A stretch of DNA of 64,000 nucleotides from Candidatus Ozemobacteraceae bacterium (GCA_965140445.1 OZ223236.1:3392001-3456000); one strand, 5' to 3'. Positions 30,641-40,892 are shown, counted from the first letter of the stretch. Notes: generated by a model not told the origin, from the letters alone. A program made the numbers and translations.

Positions 30641-31479
30641 TAATAATAACATTGCATGTTAATCAAATATTATCTTTAATAATTTCGTCCTGGTTTGGCC
30701 ATTTTGCGATCCATTTAGGATCGGCTCTTATGGATAGAGACCTGGCAAGCGATGTAAAGCTCTATTGTAATTTGGACTATATGTGTTTTTTACACCCTTC
30801 GGACGAGCCGAACAACAAAAAATTGCACAAGATGCATGCTAGGGGCCTGTTGTGGCGGTGAAATTAGACGTTGTCTGTACGCTGGCGAGAGAAACTTTTA
30901 TTTAGTTAAAAACTCTATTTGGCAAAGGGCTGAAACGGTTAAAATATATATTCTCTTTCGAACTATATCTGAAAAACCTGGCTCGTTGTGGTTCCAACTC
31001 TCAGGCCTGTTCGACACCTCTTACCTGGCGCAGAAACGATATTCTGATTCGGAACGGTATATTTGATCTACCTATTTGTCTGTTGAGCTGAATTAGTCCT
31101 TTGCTACGACCGAGCCTGAAAGGCGAAGCCGCTGCTCATAAAAGTTTGACGATTATTCCTTCGTTGAAACTGTTGCTTTCACAGAAACGGTTTGTTGTTC
31201 TAGAAACTGTTATCTCCATCTGATTTGGCGGTTTACAAACTTCATAAAAAACTTTAGTCTTATTCATGTGGGTAATTTTTCTCCTCCGTTTTAAGCTTCA
31301 CCACGTAAAACTTCTGAGAGATTAGCCCACACCTTTAAAAGACAAATTTTACACAACAAAATTTGGTCTAATCACAAAATGAGAACTGAACTTAAACTCA
31401 TCTACCGGTTTAAACAATGTTTTAATCTTTTGTTACTTTATATTCCTCCTAAGGAAAACGGATAAGGACTTTGTTAAAA

Positions 31480-32868
31480 ATGAAGCTCACAATCTTTTAC
31501 CTGAACGATCTCCATGGCAACTACCTTGTATTGCCTGAAGTTTTTGAAATTGTTACCAAAGCAAGAAGTGAGGGTGACGTTCTATTATTTGACACAGGAG
31601 ACACTTTTTCAGATTCTTACAATGGCCTGCTTCAAATTGAATTAATGAACTTGCTTGGATTTACAGCCTGGCTCCCGGGAAATCATGATCTTTCAGACTA
31701 TTTTCCTTCCTTCAAAAATGCTGTTGCTTATGGCAACTTCTGTAAAATAGCCTCTAACATTACGACTGAAAAAAGTGCGGTTTTCCTGAATTCAGAATTA
31801 CAAAAGAGTCTAAGTGTTGATATCGGAAATTTTAAAATTCAAATACAAGGATTAACTGAAGAGGTTACTGAAAATCATTTTTCCAATTTTTTTATCAGTC
31901 CTGAAAATGCAGTTAAGCAACTTTCGGAAAGCCTTTCCAAGCCACATGATTTTACCATTCTGCTATCTCACCTTGGATTTGAACGGGACAAAAAAATTGC
32001 AGCTTCTAATTCTGGTCCGGATTTAATTATTGGTGGTCATAGCCACACCATACTTTTTTCCCCAATGCAATTAAACAACAGCCTTATCTGTCAGGCCGGT
32101 GGACATGGGCAGTATCTTGGAAAAATCACTTTTTTTACCAACAAAACAGGAAAATGGAATCATGAGGGAGAATTAATTCAACTATCAAATTCAAAAAAGT
32201 TTAATAACAAAGCACAAAAAATGATTGAAAGGTTTCACAATAATCCAGACGGGGAGCTACCAATTGCAATTCTTGATAACAGCCTTTCAGGGGCAAAGTT
32301 TTCTGAAAACCCAGTTGGTTCATTGGTGACAGACGCGATTAACGCACATGGTAAGAGTGAAGTAGCATTTTTTCATGCGGCTGCAATTTCCCCAATTATG
32401 TATAGCGGACACATATATGAAGCCGACATAAACAGAATACTCTCATGGGACAATCCAATTTTCACCACAGTTGTTTCTGGGAAAATTCTGAAACAAATTG
32501 TTAACAGATCGCTTGAGGACAAATATCTTTTTCTTCATGTATCAGGATTCAGGATATTAAAAAACAATGGAAAGCTTCTATTAGTGCAAAACCAGACAGA
32601 GATCATGGATAAACAGCTAATCAGAATTGCGGTTCCTGCATTTTTGACAACCGGAGGACAATTTGGTGGAAAAGGTTTTCCCATGCTAAGACATCTTGAC
32701 TTTAATTTGGAAATAGCCTCCACAAGATCCTGTGTAATTGAATACTTGCGCAAGGAAAAAATTTCCGATTCAATTTTTGTTCAACGATGGGCACCGCAAC
32801 TTTTGGAGAACAGATCGGATTTAACCAAAGTAAAACCTGATAACCTTAGCATCAAAAAGCTTTTATAG
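31480..32868 (+). CDS. bifunctional metallophosphatase / 5'-nucleotidase
   Basis: Intact NDLHG, DTGD, GNHD, LSHLG, GGHSH motifs; no signal peptide; opposite strand to the cassettes. Confidence 0.85.
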   Translation: MKLTIFYLNDLHGNYLVLPEVFEIVTKARSEGDVLLFDTGDTFSDSYNGLLQIELMNLLGFTAWLPGNHDLSDYFPSFKNAVAYGNFCKIASNITTEKSAVFLNSELQKSLSVDIGNFKIQIQGLTEEVTENHFSNFFISPENAVKQLSESLSKPHDFTILLSHLGFERDKKIAASNSGPDLIIGGHSHTILFSPMQLNNSLICQAGGHGQYLGKITFFTNKTGKWNHEGELIQLSNSKKFNNKAQKMIERFHNNPDGELPIAILDNSLSGAKFSENPVGSLVTDAINAHGKSEVAFFHAAAISPIMYSGHIYEADINRILSWDNPIFTTVVSGKILKQIVNRSLEDKYLFLHVSGFRILKNNGKLLLVQNQTEIMDKQLIRIAVPAFLTTGGQFGGKGFPMLRHLDFNLEIASTRSCVIEYLRKEKISDSIFVQRWAPQLLENRSDLTKVKPDNLSIKKLL

Positions 32869-33112
32869 AGCCAGTTTTAAGCTTCTGAAGCATGTTTTGT
32901 CAGGTAAGAAGAAACTTTTAACCTGAATTCCGGCTCTTTAAATATAGAACAAAGAACCTATTTTCCTGGCATTTCTTGCGCCAATTCGGTGTCGCTATTA
33001 CTTAGTTTCTGCTCTGCTCACAATGGCTGTGTTAACAATTACAATTCCTGCAGCCATTGCGCCAGAAAACGATATTTTGCTTCTAGTTGGCACAATAAAT
33101 GCATTTACATAC

Positions 33113-33177
33113 CCATAACGTTGCCTTCACTTGCGGCGGCGCGAAGCAGAGCCGTCAAGTGAAAGGCTTGGTTAGCC
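33113..33177 (-). repeat. attC, short foreign type (65 nt)
   Basis: ccataac..ttcacttgcggcg..cgtcaagtgaa..gttagcc. Confidence 0.85.
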
Positions 33178-33193
33178 GTTCCTGCCCCCCCTA

Positions 33194-34192
33194 TCACTTT
33201 GGCTTCTGCTGCGCATGCTTCTCGAAAAACTCCCAGATGGCATCCGTGGCCTTGAACTTGTTGGTAGCTTTCCCAACCCATGACTCCGGCAACTGGTTCT
33301 TGCCTCCCGGCCAGACATGGCCGTGGTCTTTGATGATGGTGAAGCGCACTTCGCTGTTGTCGCGGCCCGCGCTGTAGCTCACGGTTGTGACACCGGGCGA
33401 CGCAGGTATCGGTTCCGGCCCGGCCTGGCAACCAAGGAGGCGAGCCCAAGTGGTCACGTTTTCGCGCGCGGCAGGCTTCGCTTGCGATGCCATGTCCCGC
33501 GAGGCGTGCCCCGTGGCGAACTTCGGCACGCCACCCTCGAACGGATTGAGCGGGTCGGCATCGCCCGTGATGTAGTAGAGCGAGACAGGTCGTTCGAGTT
33601 TGGGCTGCTTGATCCAAAGCGCTCCGGCGAAGGGTGCGATTGCCGCGATACGTGCGGACAATTCGCATCCGACGCGGAACGTCATCGAGGCACCATTTGA
33701 GAAACCCGTGGCGTAGATACGCCGACGATCCACCGCGAACCGCGCAAGAAGGTCATCGATCATCGCGTTGATGAATGCCACGTCGGGAATGTCCTTCAGG
33801 CCGGCGTGAAAACGCCCGGAACCATCATTCCACACCTGGCCGTTGCTAACAAAGCGGCTCGGCTTTGTCGGATCGGGGGGCGTGGCTTCAGGGAAAACGG
33901 CGAAAAAGCCCTCCTGATCAGCCTTTTGCACCCAGTCTGTTTCCCACATCGCCCCACGTGCCCTGCCACCACCACCGTGAAACATGACGACGATCGGCAA
34001 CGCTTTCTTGCCGTCGTAGCCAGACGGCACGTGGATGATGTAGTGACGATCCAAGTCGCCGACTTTGAGCGTCAACGAATGGTCTCCCGGGCCAAACTCC
34101 ATCGCTTGGCGCTTCATCTGTTGAGCATCGTCAGCGCCGAGAATTGGCACTGCAAGCATCAATAGAGTGCAGAAACAGAGGATTCGGGGCAT
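33194..34192 (-). CDS. secreted PHB-depolymerase/LpqC-like alpha/beta hydrolase
   Basis: AAGGAG RBS before ATG 34192, signal peptide, FHGGGG, GFSNG, GHVWPGG; visibly GC-rich. Confidence 0.88.
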   Translation of the reverse strand: MPRILCFCTLLMLAVPILGADDAQQMKRQAMEFGPGDHSLTLKVGDLDRHYIIHVPSGYDGKKALPIVVMFHGGGGRARGAMWETDWVQKADQEGFFAVFPEATPPDPTKPSRFVSNGQVWNDGSGRFHAGLKDIPDVAFINAMIDDLLARFAVDRRRIYATGFSNGASMTFRVGCELSARIAAIAPFAGALWIKQPKLERPVSLYYITGDADPLNPFEGGVPKFATGHASRDMASQAKPAARENVTTWARLLGCQAGPEPIPASPGVTTVSYSAGRDNSEVRFTIIKDHGHVWPGGKNQLPESWVGKATNKFKATDAIWEFFEKHAQQKPK

Positions 34193-34231
34193 ACGGTTGC
34201 TCCTTGGCGATTTGTGCTTTCCATCATTTTC

Positions 34232-34367
34232 GGCTAACGACAAGTCGTGACCGGACGCCGAGCGGCGCCTTCGGCAAGCGAGGGAATCGGTGCTGGCGAA
34301 AAAGTTGCCGTTTTTTCGCGACTTTTTGTGACAGCATCGGCGTTCCGAGTCGACGCACTTGTTAAGC
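34232..34367 (-). repeat. attC type B
   Basis: ggctaac..gtcgtgaccggacgcc..gggaatcgg..gtcgacgcactt-gttaagc. Confidence 0.92.
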
Positions 34368-34706
34368 CGTAATTTTTTTACTTATGTCTTCAATTAATTG
34401 GGGGATACATAATTGGATTGTATCCCATACCATTTCAGAATCTACAATGTCATATCCATGGGCAATAATATTCCGGAAACCTATAATTTGATCTATTTCT
34501 GAGATATCCGTTGCAACTTCTGGGAATTGTTTTCTTAAACGATTTAAAGCTTCACCAATTATTTCGAACTTTCTTTCACAAGCGCTCTGAATCAATTCAT
34601 TCGAAATAAAAGTTTCCTTCGTTAAGTTTGCCGAAAACTCCTGGATCGATTTGGCTGCTGATAATGCATCAAAAAGAAGTTTTTCAATTGTGTGAAGCGA
34701 AGACAT
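34362..34706 (-). CDS. HepT-like (DUF86) HEPN toxin
   Basis: ERKFEIIGEA..FRNIIAHGY. Confidence 0.88.
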   Translation of the reverse strand: MSSLHTIEKLLFDALSAAKSIQEFSANLTKETFISNELIQSACERKFEIIGEALNRLRKQFPEVATDISEIDQIIGFRNIIAHGYDIVDSEMVWDTIQLCIPQLIEDISKKITA

Positions 34707-34992
34707 TTTTTCTAGTTCTCTCTACCGATGCTTTAAGATAAGGATTTCTAATTGATTTTTCTGTAATAAGATCTATTTCTCTACAGAGCAACTGTTGAAG
34801 CTGTTTTTGAAGATTGAGAAACTTATCAAGAAGGTTTGTTTGGTTTGGCTGAAAATCGACAACAAAATCCAGATCGCTCTCTTCATTAAATTCATCTGTT
34901 GTTGCTGATCCAAAAAGATCTAGTCGAGCTACTGCGAATTGTTTACACAGGGCCTGGATTTCATTCTTAAAATTTTCAATCTTGAATCTCAT
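34684..34992 (-). CDS. MntA-like minimal nucleotidyltransferase antitoxin
   Basis: LFGS..F..ESDLDF..IDL. Confidence 0.88.
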   Translation of the reverse strand: MRFKIENFKNEIQALCKQFAVARLDLFGSATTDEFNEESDLDFVVDFQPNQTNLLDKFLNLQKQLQQLLCREIDLITEKSIRNPYLKASVERTRKNVFASHN

Positions 34993-35042
34993 ACTGAAAT
35001 TATACCATGTGCACCATCAATATATTTTGTTTTTTTAATTCG

Positions 35043-35107
35043 GCTTAACGATAAAGGTCACTTGCGGCGCCGCGCTTCCCGGCGTCAAGTGAACCGCCTG
35101 GTTCGGC
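35043..35107 (-). repeat. attC, short foreign type (65 nt)
   Basis: gcttaac..tcacttgcggcg..cgtcaagtgaa..gttcggc; same family as 33113. Confidence 0.85.
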
Positions 35108-35185
35108 GATCTCCTGTGCAGTAGTAACCTATGGGATATCTAAATTTTTCAGGTTTTTATTGTTGAAGCCTTTGGCAAAGAGGCT

Positions 35186-36712
35186 TCAATCTCTAGTTTT
35201 CTTCTTCAAAACAATGCTTTCATATTCTTCCGGATAATGTTTCTTCATACACGGGTGGCAAATTGTATGGCTAAAGTCCACACCAGTATGTTTATGAATA
35301 TATGCTTCAATTTGTTCGTAATACCCTTCATCATTTCTAATATTTTTACAAATTGAACAAATAGGTAAGATACCACGTAATACCTTTAATTCATTGAGAG
35401 TTGCTTGTAACTCCGCAATCAAACGTTCACGTTCTGCCGTGGCAGATTCAAGAGCAACCACATCTTCGTCGAGCTGATGAGCCATTCCTTTAAAGACCTC
35501 TACGGCTCTCGCCATTTCTCCGATTTCATTTTGAGCATCCTGAAACGGGACATTAACATCAAGATCTTTCTTCGCCAGACGACGAATCGATGAAGTGACC
35601 TCAGCCATAGGGCTTACGACTCGGAAGTGGACATAAAAAAAGATGAGAAGAATAAGCACTAAGGACCCAACTGTAATGGATAACAGGACAATTATTTGCT
35701 TATGAGCATGAGCTACTTTCCTGTCAGCATAATTTTGAGTCACCTCTACAATGGTGTTCATGAACGAAGCTATTTGCTGAAGGGCTTTTACCCCATGGCT
35801 TAAAAATTCAGGTTGAGAATATGGATACGGGCCCCCATGTAAAGTTAGAGGAAATACTTCGTCCCGATAGGGGAGGTAAGTATCGAAATAGATTTTTTTT
35901 AGATCAGCTAATGCCTGAGGAATTTGTGGATCAGTCAATGGTTGACAGAGATCAGACAAACTATCAAAATGATGCTTGGTACTTACCTGTAAATTGGAAA
36001 TCTTTTTTGCCAATTTAGCTTTGATAGGTTTACCAGACAGGATTGTTGCCGAAAGAATGGACATCTCCGGTCCAGCAGTATTACGCAGGCTCAAAGTTTC
36101 ATGCTTTAAAGAAGAGTAACGACTAATCATTCCATCAGCATCACTTATGTTACTTGAAATAGTTACAAGCAAGGCATTAATATTTTCAATGTATTCGGTC
36201 ATTGTTGCAAACCATACTTCAGCAAGTCCTTGTTTCCTTTTTTCTTTCGAAATGACTAGCTCTTTGGCTGTCTTCTCCCTGAGATCTGCAACTTTTTTGG
36301 TTAGTCTATTTATTGCATCTATAAAAAGAGTTGTTTCTGCTGTTTCCCTTGCTGGCAACTTTGCCAGCGCGCTTTGGAGCGCTTTGTCTCCGTCTACCCT
36401 TCGTGCCAGAATAAATTTTCTGTTATTTTTCATTTTTTCAACTGGGCCTGAGTCATTTAAAACGACATTAACGCGCCCTCTCTCAAAACCATAATTTTCG
36501 ACAGCTGTAAATAGATCATCACTTATACTATTGAGATATTGAACCTCCTTGGATAGTTTGTAGCTCTGGACAGAACGATAAAGTGCTGGAATGGAAGAGA
36601 GGAGATGCAGGAAGGTCACTGCAAATAAAGTCAAAAAGATGACCGTTCTGACATGAAAAAAACTGTGAGATATAGGTGAAGGTGAAGGTGAAGATTTTTT
36701 TACAGCGGCCAT
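35186..36712 (-). CDS. membrane sensor protein with HAMP and C-terminal Cys/His zinc-binding-like domain
   Basis: 2 TM, HAMP (NEIGEMARAV), LPICSICKNIR..FSHTICHPC; no kinase domain. Confidence 0.8.
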   Translation of the reverse strand: MAAVKKSSPSPSPISHSFFHVRTVIFLTLFAVTFLHLLSSIPALYRSVQSYKLSKEVQYLNSISDDLFTAVENYGFERGRVNVVLNDSGPVEKMKNNRKFILARRVDGDKALQSALAKLPARETAETTLFIDAINRLTKKVADLREKTAKELVISKEKRKQGLAEVWFATMTEYIENINALLVTISSNISDADGMISRYSSLKHETLSLRNTAGPEMSILSATILSGKPIKAKLAKKISNLQVSTKHHFDSLSDLCQPLTDPQIPQALADLKKIYFDTYLPYRDEVFPLTLHGGPYPYSQPEFLSHGVKALQQIASFMNTIVEVTQNYADRKVAHAHKQIIVLLSITVGSLVLILLIFFYVHFRVVSPMAEVTSSIRRLAKKDLDVNVPFQDAQNEIGEMARAVEVFKGMAHQLDEDVVALESATAERERLIAELQATLNELKVLRGILPICSICKNIRNDEGYYEQIEAYIHKHTGVDFSHTICHPCMKKHYPEEYESIVLKKKTRD

Positions 36713-36945
36713 ATGTCCTCTACATGAACGTGAATTTTCTTTGGAAAAATAAATTTTATTATAAAATCAAATAGTTAGATTTTTTCCACAAACTGATGCC
36801 TGTCAGCATTGGCAATGCTATACATAAAGATAAAATAAATTCAAGGTTACCGCCATCCATCCTAAATTCTCATCTTTTTAATAATCCTATAGAACATCTT
36901 GCAACTTATCAAATGGTTTCCTGGACTATAGTTGTTATTCACGCC

Positions 36946-37047
36946 GCCGAACGCTTGTCGAGACCGGAAAAACGAGACGGGCGCGGGTGTTGCGTAAGCA
37001 AGACCCGTGATCCGGCCGATTTTTCCGCGTTGACGCACTTGTTAGAG
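36946..37047 (-). repeat. attC type A
   Basis: gccgaac..ccggaaaaacgagacgggcgcgggtgttgc..gttagag. Confidence 0.92.
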
Positions 37048-37227
37048 ATGTTTTTTATTTTTATTATAAGTTTTATATGAAAACATTCAATCTTTTGATT
37101 CGAGCTAATTAAACATTTAGAAATTAATTTTGTATCTACTGGCTCTGGAAAAGCACTTCAGAATCACAATTACATAAAAATTGTCCAACACTCTGACCGA
37201 ATTTTTGCAATTTTTATGAGCAGAGCT
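37041..37227. repeat. conserved non-coding cassette-tail element, copy 1
   Basis: Homologous to 49159-49346 and 58715-58896; invariant CATAAAAATTG-N24-CAATTTTTATG. Confidence 0.85.
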
Positions 37228-37427
37228 ATATCTAATCCGCTAAGCAGAAAAGCTTAAATTTTACTTCTCATTTTTTTCAATAAAAATTTTGCTTAGTATT
37301 GGAATAATCATAAAACCGACCAAAAAGAAAAAAACAAAGTTAACAGAAAGTTCAAATGGAGAGAATTGGTTCGCTATTGTGTAACCAATTGTACAGTTCA
37401 TTATAAAAAATAGTAATTCGAAAAAAG

Positions 37428-37745
37428 TCATTTTTTCTTTTTAAACACTTTCTTATGCCAATAAGCTTGTTTTTGGTCATAAAACCATTCTTTGTTTTTA
37501 TCATTCAAAAATACTGCCAATTGAGTCATATCAATTTTGTATCTCTGAAAAATAGCTAAAATCTCCCGCAAGCAAGAATTTGAAGGCTTTTTGGTGTTTA
37601 CTGTGAGAAATATTGTATCTCCAATTCCTTTAATCTCTTTTATGCAGCTAATTGAATCTAGCCATTTAAAGAATGAATTTTCATCTTCCTTAGAATAAAA
37701 AGTTAACTTTTTACAAGCCAGTTTAGGCATAATAATTCTTGTCAT
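37428..37745 (-). CDS. cassette hypothetical protein
   Basis: 105-aa ORF within one cassette. Confidence 0.75.
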   Translation of the reverse strand: MTRIIMPKLACKKLTFYSKEDENSFFKWLDSISCIKEIKGIGDTIFLTVNTKKPSNSCLREILAIFQRYKIDMTQLAVFLNDKNKEWFYDQKQAYWHKKVFKKKK

Positions 37746-37755
37746 AGTTTTTTAT

Positions 37756-37856
37756 CTCTAACGCCAGTCGTGACCGGAAAAACGAGACAGGCGCGGGTGT
37801 TGCGCAAGCAAGACCCGCGACATCGGCTATTTTCCGAGTCGCCGCACTTGTTAATG
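37756..37856 (-). repeat. attC type A/A' hybrid
   Basis: ctctaac..type A arm..cggctattttccg..gttaatg. Confidence 0.9.
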
Positions 37857-37946
37857 TGCTTCAATTCATTATTGATAGGCATTTTAATTTGTTTGATTTT
37901 TGTGTTTTTAAGTTCATTTTTTCTTGGGTTCTCAGGCGCAACTGAA

Positions 37947-38738
37947 TTAAACCAGTTTAACTTTCCATTGTTTTCGTGGAAAATCAAACCACCATTTAGC
38001 CTGTTGGAAAGCTCCGAACCCAAGGATCATTTGCATAGGTATTTTGACGGACTTATTGATTACTGAAAGTGGGACTCCAGCAACTTTATGTGGTTTAAAC
38101 TGGCATCCAGCAATTTGGATGGAATTCATAATAAATACTGGGGTACTGAATTTTGAACCACCGGAATCTGTACCTATTTCATGGGCAACTTCCTGAAACA
38201 AAGATTTGTTCTTTTCAATAAAATTTAAATCTACCAACGATATACCAGCTCCTGAATCCCAAACTGCCGATATATCTTTTTCACCACATTTTACTGGAAT
38301 GTAAGGAATGTTGCCATCATCCAACGTCAATGATTCTGGAGACTGGATAACTACGTCTTTGTTATTAACCTCTAATCTATTTTCGGGAAAATTAAATATG
38401 AGATTATAATCTTTGAGAATGTCCATTCCTAATAGATTCTGGCTGGAATGCTCTTCCAGTGATCTAGCAAGAGTAAGATTCCTTAGGATAAATGAGCCAA
38501 GCTCTAGACGCTCCACCTTTATCAGATCAAAGCTATAGGAACCAAACACGCCTGATGATGTACTGGTTCCAACTTTTTTGAACTTTTTAGAAGATTCATT
38601 GAAGCATAATGTTGTCTTTGCACACGCAGTATCAAGGATAAATGGCAAAATTTCACCATTTAATTTAACTTGCACGTGAATTTCACCAGTTTCATGGGAT
38701 TCATCATCAAATTTGGTGTCTAGTTTTATACTTGGCAT
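37947..38738 (-). CDS. retropepsin-like aspartyl protease (two domains)
   Basis: FILDTAC..LLGMD; VWDSGAG..ILG. Confidence 0.8.
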   Translation of the reverse strand: MPSIKLDTKFDDESHETGEIHVQVKLNGEILPFILDTACAKTTLCFNESSKKFKKVGTSTSSGVFGSYSFDLIKVERLELGSFILRNLTLARSLEEHSSQNLLGMDILKDYNLIFNFPENRLEVNNKDVVIQSPESLTLDDGNIPYIPVKCGEKDISAVWDSGAGISLVDLNFIEKNKSLFQEVAHEIGTDSGGSKFSTPVFIMNSIQIAGCQFKPHKVAGVPLSVINKSVKIPMQMILGFGAFQQAKWWFDFPRKQWKVKLV

Positions 38739-38909
38739 TCTATTCTCCTATGGTATCTAAATTTAGTTGGGTTGGGGCCCAGATTCTAGTATGGCTCCAA
38801 TTGATTATTCAACTATTCACCGGAACATAGCTTCTCCTCTTTTATCCAGGGTTTTCGTTCATTATGAATCAACAGTGATTTGGCAGCCAATTTCGTCGTC
38901 TACGCACTT

Positions 38910-39083
38910 ATTAGTGCTCTTCAAATTTTTATTAATCGGCGCTTTGATTGATTCAATTTTTTGTATTTTTAAGTTCATTTTTTGGGGGGGCAATTATATT
39001 AATTCTTTAACCGATTGTCTGAGAAAATCATACTTTGTATTGATTATCACAGTCGATAGGTTTTATAAAATTCTCGCATTAAC
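38910..39083 (-). other. gene-less cassette with candidate promoter; its attC (about 38752-38917) is eroded
   Basis: Homologous to 48406-48567, 47836-47981 and partly 37850-37930; minus strand TCGACT-N18-TATGAT at 39056-39027. Confidence 0.7.
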
Positions 39084-39177
39084 GCCTGTCGTGACCGGAA
39101 AAAGCCAAGATGGCGCGGGGCTTGCTCCGCAAGACCCGTGACAGCGGCTATTTTCCGTGTCGACGCACTTGTTAGAC
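39077..39177 (-). repeat. attC type A'
   Basis: cattaac..ggaaaaagccaagatggc..gttagac. Confidence 0.92.
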
Positions 39178-39455
39178 TACTTTTTTATATATTTTTTTAA
39201 CTTTCTGTAAAAGTTTTCATGGGTAGAAAGCATTACAAGTTGAATTTCATCATCAGTATATTTGTAAGCCAAAAGATAAAGACAATTCAAAAAATTGAAT
39301 TTATGCACCCGAATTTCTTGAAGATCCCCCTTCTTTTGCTCCCCAATTTCTGGGTTTTCAGCGATTATTCTGACTTGAGAATCAATTTTTGCCTTGAATT
39401 TTTTATCTACCTTTTTTATAAATTTAAAGAACGTTGGCGATTGATAAATTTTCAT
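39177..39455 (-). CDS. RelE/ParE family toxin
   Basis: NPEIGEQKKGDL..RVHKF..LLAY..HENFYR. Confidence 0.85.
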   Translation of the reverse strand: MKIYQSPTFFKFIKKVDKKFKAKIDSQVRIIAENPEIGEQKKGDLQEIRVHKFNFLNCLYLLAYKYTDDEIQLVMLSTHENFYRKLKKYIKK

Positions 39456-39456
39456 T

Positions 39457-39675
39457 TCAGCCAAATTTATATTCGATTTTTTGACCTGAACTCAATTCCT
39501 CAAGTCCTAGCAACATTTCTTTAATTTGCGCATAAGTTAAATCAGGGTTTTCTTCTGAACATTTACCTATTTTGGCCCAAAACTCAATCTGACCAGTTAA
39601 CGAACGATTATTTACTTTACTATAAACCCTGGCCTCAGAAATCAAAGAATCCGAAATTTTTACGGCGATGGCCAT
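39457..39675 (-). CDS. ParD-like antitoxin
   Basis: AVKISD..RSLTGQIEFWAKIGK..EENPDL. Confidence 0.85.
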   Translation of the reverse strand: MAIAVKISDSLISEARVYSKVNNRSLTGQIEFWAKIGKCSEENPDLTYAQIKEMLLGLEELSSGQKIEYKFG

Positions 39676-39772
39676 TTTGCCCTCCTATAAAGTGTTCTCA
39701 TCTTTATTTTATTATTTTTTCGATTAGTTTTGCAACTTATTGCAACTTTTAGTGTTTTTTCTTTTGAAGTTA

Positions 39773-39816
39773 GTCTAACGCCGGCCGGTTTTTCCGCGTC
39801 GACGCACTTGTTAGAC
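39773..39816 (-). repeat. internally deleted attC (44 nt, L' arm missing)
   Basis: gtctaacgcc joined directly to ggccggtttttccgcgtcgacgcacttgttagac. Confidence 0.8.
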
Positions 39817-39869
39817 AGAATTTTTTTTACATTAATAATTATATGAAAACCTCGAATTTAATAAGCGCT

Positions 39870-40844
39870 CTATTTCCAAGGAGGCCCCCCAACCACTTTT
39901 AGAGAATTAATTAATTGAGTGAAGAATGGGCCATCGCTTTCCATCCGTAAAGAAGGCCAAGGTGGTGGAGAAAGCTCATACCAAAGGAAGAACCCTAAAC
40001 CATTTCCGCATAGCGAAAAGAGGCGCATGGGAAGTTTCATAAAAAACCTTTTACCTGGACCATAATGCTTATACTCACGACCTGAAGAATAAAGGATGCT
40101 AGCAACCATAGGTATTCCCGCAATAGATTCAATTCCGAAGTCATTAATAGAATTTAGAATGATGAAGAAATCGTGGCTTACAGAATTCTTGTGGTAACAC
40201 CTTATAATTGCCGGGAATGTTCGTGAAATATTGAGTTTCCCAATTGTTTCGACTAGATCGATATGAAAACCACCAGTATCCGGTTTGGCTTGTAACCATA
40301 AAATTTCATCAACCACCCATTCTGGTGGGTGCGCGAATTTACCAAGCGTGTCCAAACCATAGCGGACCAATTCAAGAAGGTCGGAACCTTTAATAATTCT
40401 CAGGACTCTATTGTACTCATCATCAGTTGCCCTAGTTTTGTAATATAGCGAATCCAAGAATTCGAAGTTCGAAACATCATTGGGAGTGAACCCCGTAAAT
40501 TTCCAACCACCAAACCCCAAAATGATTCGTTGTGGCTTAACCATTGACCTTTCAATGTATTTTTCCGTTTCTTTTAGCTTCCAGCCATCTTTTGGCATAG
40601 GCCTCTCATTGCCAAAGGAAAAATCAAATTGGCTATTTTGACTGGAAAACCATTCAAGATTTTTGTTTAAGCCATACTTAGTCGATAGTTCTTCAACTTT
40701 TAGTTCCCAAGTAATAGAGGAAATTTCCTTGGCCAAGTTATCAGAACCAGCCCATTTTTTTCCGCGACCGGTTGCCCAGAAAGAAAATAATTCGGTAGGA
40801 ACAGAAAAAAGATACACAGGAAGACTTTCAACCTGTGATGCCAT
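39870..40844 (-). CDS. cassette hypothetical protein
   Basis: 324-aa ORF; cassette ends match (gttagacagaa/ttctgtctaac). Confidence 0.7.
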   Translation of the reverse strand: MASQVESLPVYLFSVPTELFSFWATGRGKKWAGSDNLAKEISSITWELKVEELSTKYGLNKNLEWFSSQNSQFDFSFGNERPMPKDGWKLKETEKYIERSMVKPQRIILGFGGWKFTGFTPNDVSNFEFLDSLYYKTRATDDEYNRVLRIIKGSDLLELVRYGLDTLGKFAHPPEWVVDEILWLQAKPDTGGFHIDLVETIGKLNISRTFPAIIRCYHKNSVSHDFFIILNSINDFGIESIAGIPMVASILYSSGREYKHYGPGKRFFMKLPMRLFSLCGNGLGFFLWYELSPPPWPSLRMESDGPFFTQLINSLKVVGGPPWK

Positions 40845-40892
40845 GTCGTTAGAGCAGATTCAATTTTTCTTTTCATTCTCTTGGCCATTTCT

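Noticed and set aside
30617..31470. Decayed intI gene next to the attI-like core
   Set aside because: No tyrosine-recombinase motifs recognised in the frames I could read; a tblastn would be needed to exclude it fully
33099..34365. Several long overlapping ORFs around the esterase gene
   Set aside because: Shadow ORFs expected in GC-rich DNA; only one frame has hydrolase motifs
37041..37227. Tail element as a group IIC-attC intron remnant
   Set aside because: No GUGYG start, no domain V motif and no reverse transcriptase; the attC core is uninterrupted
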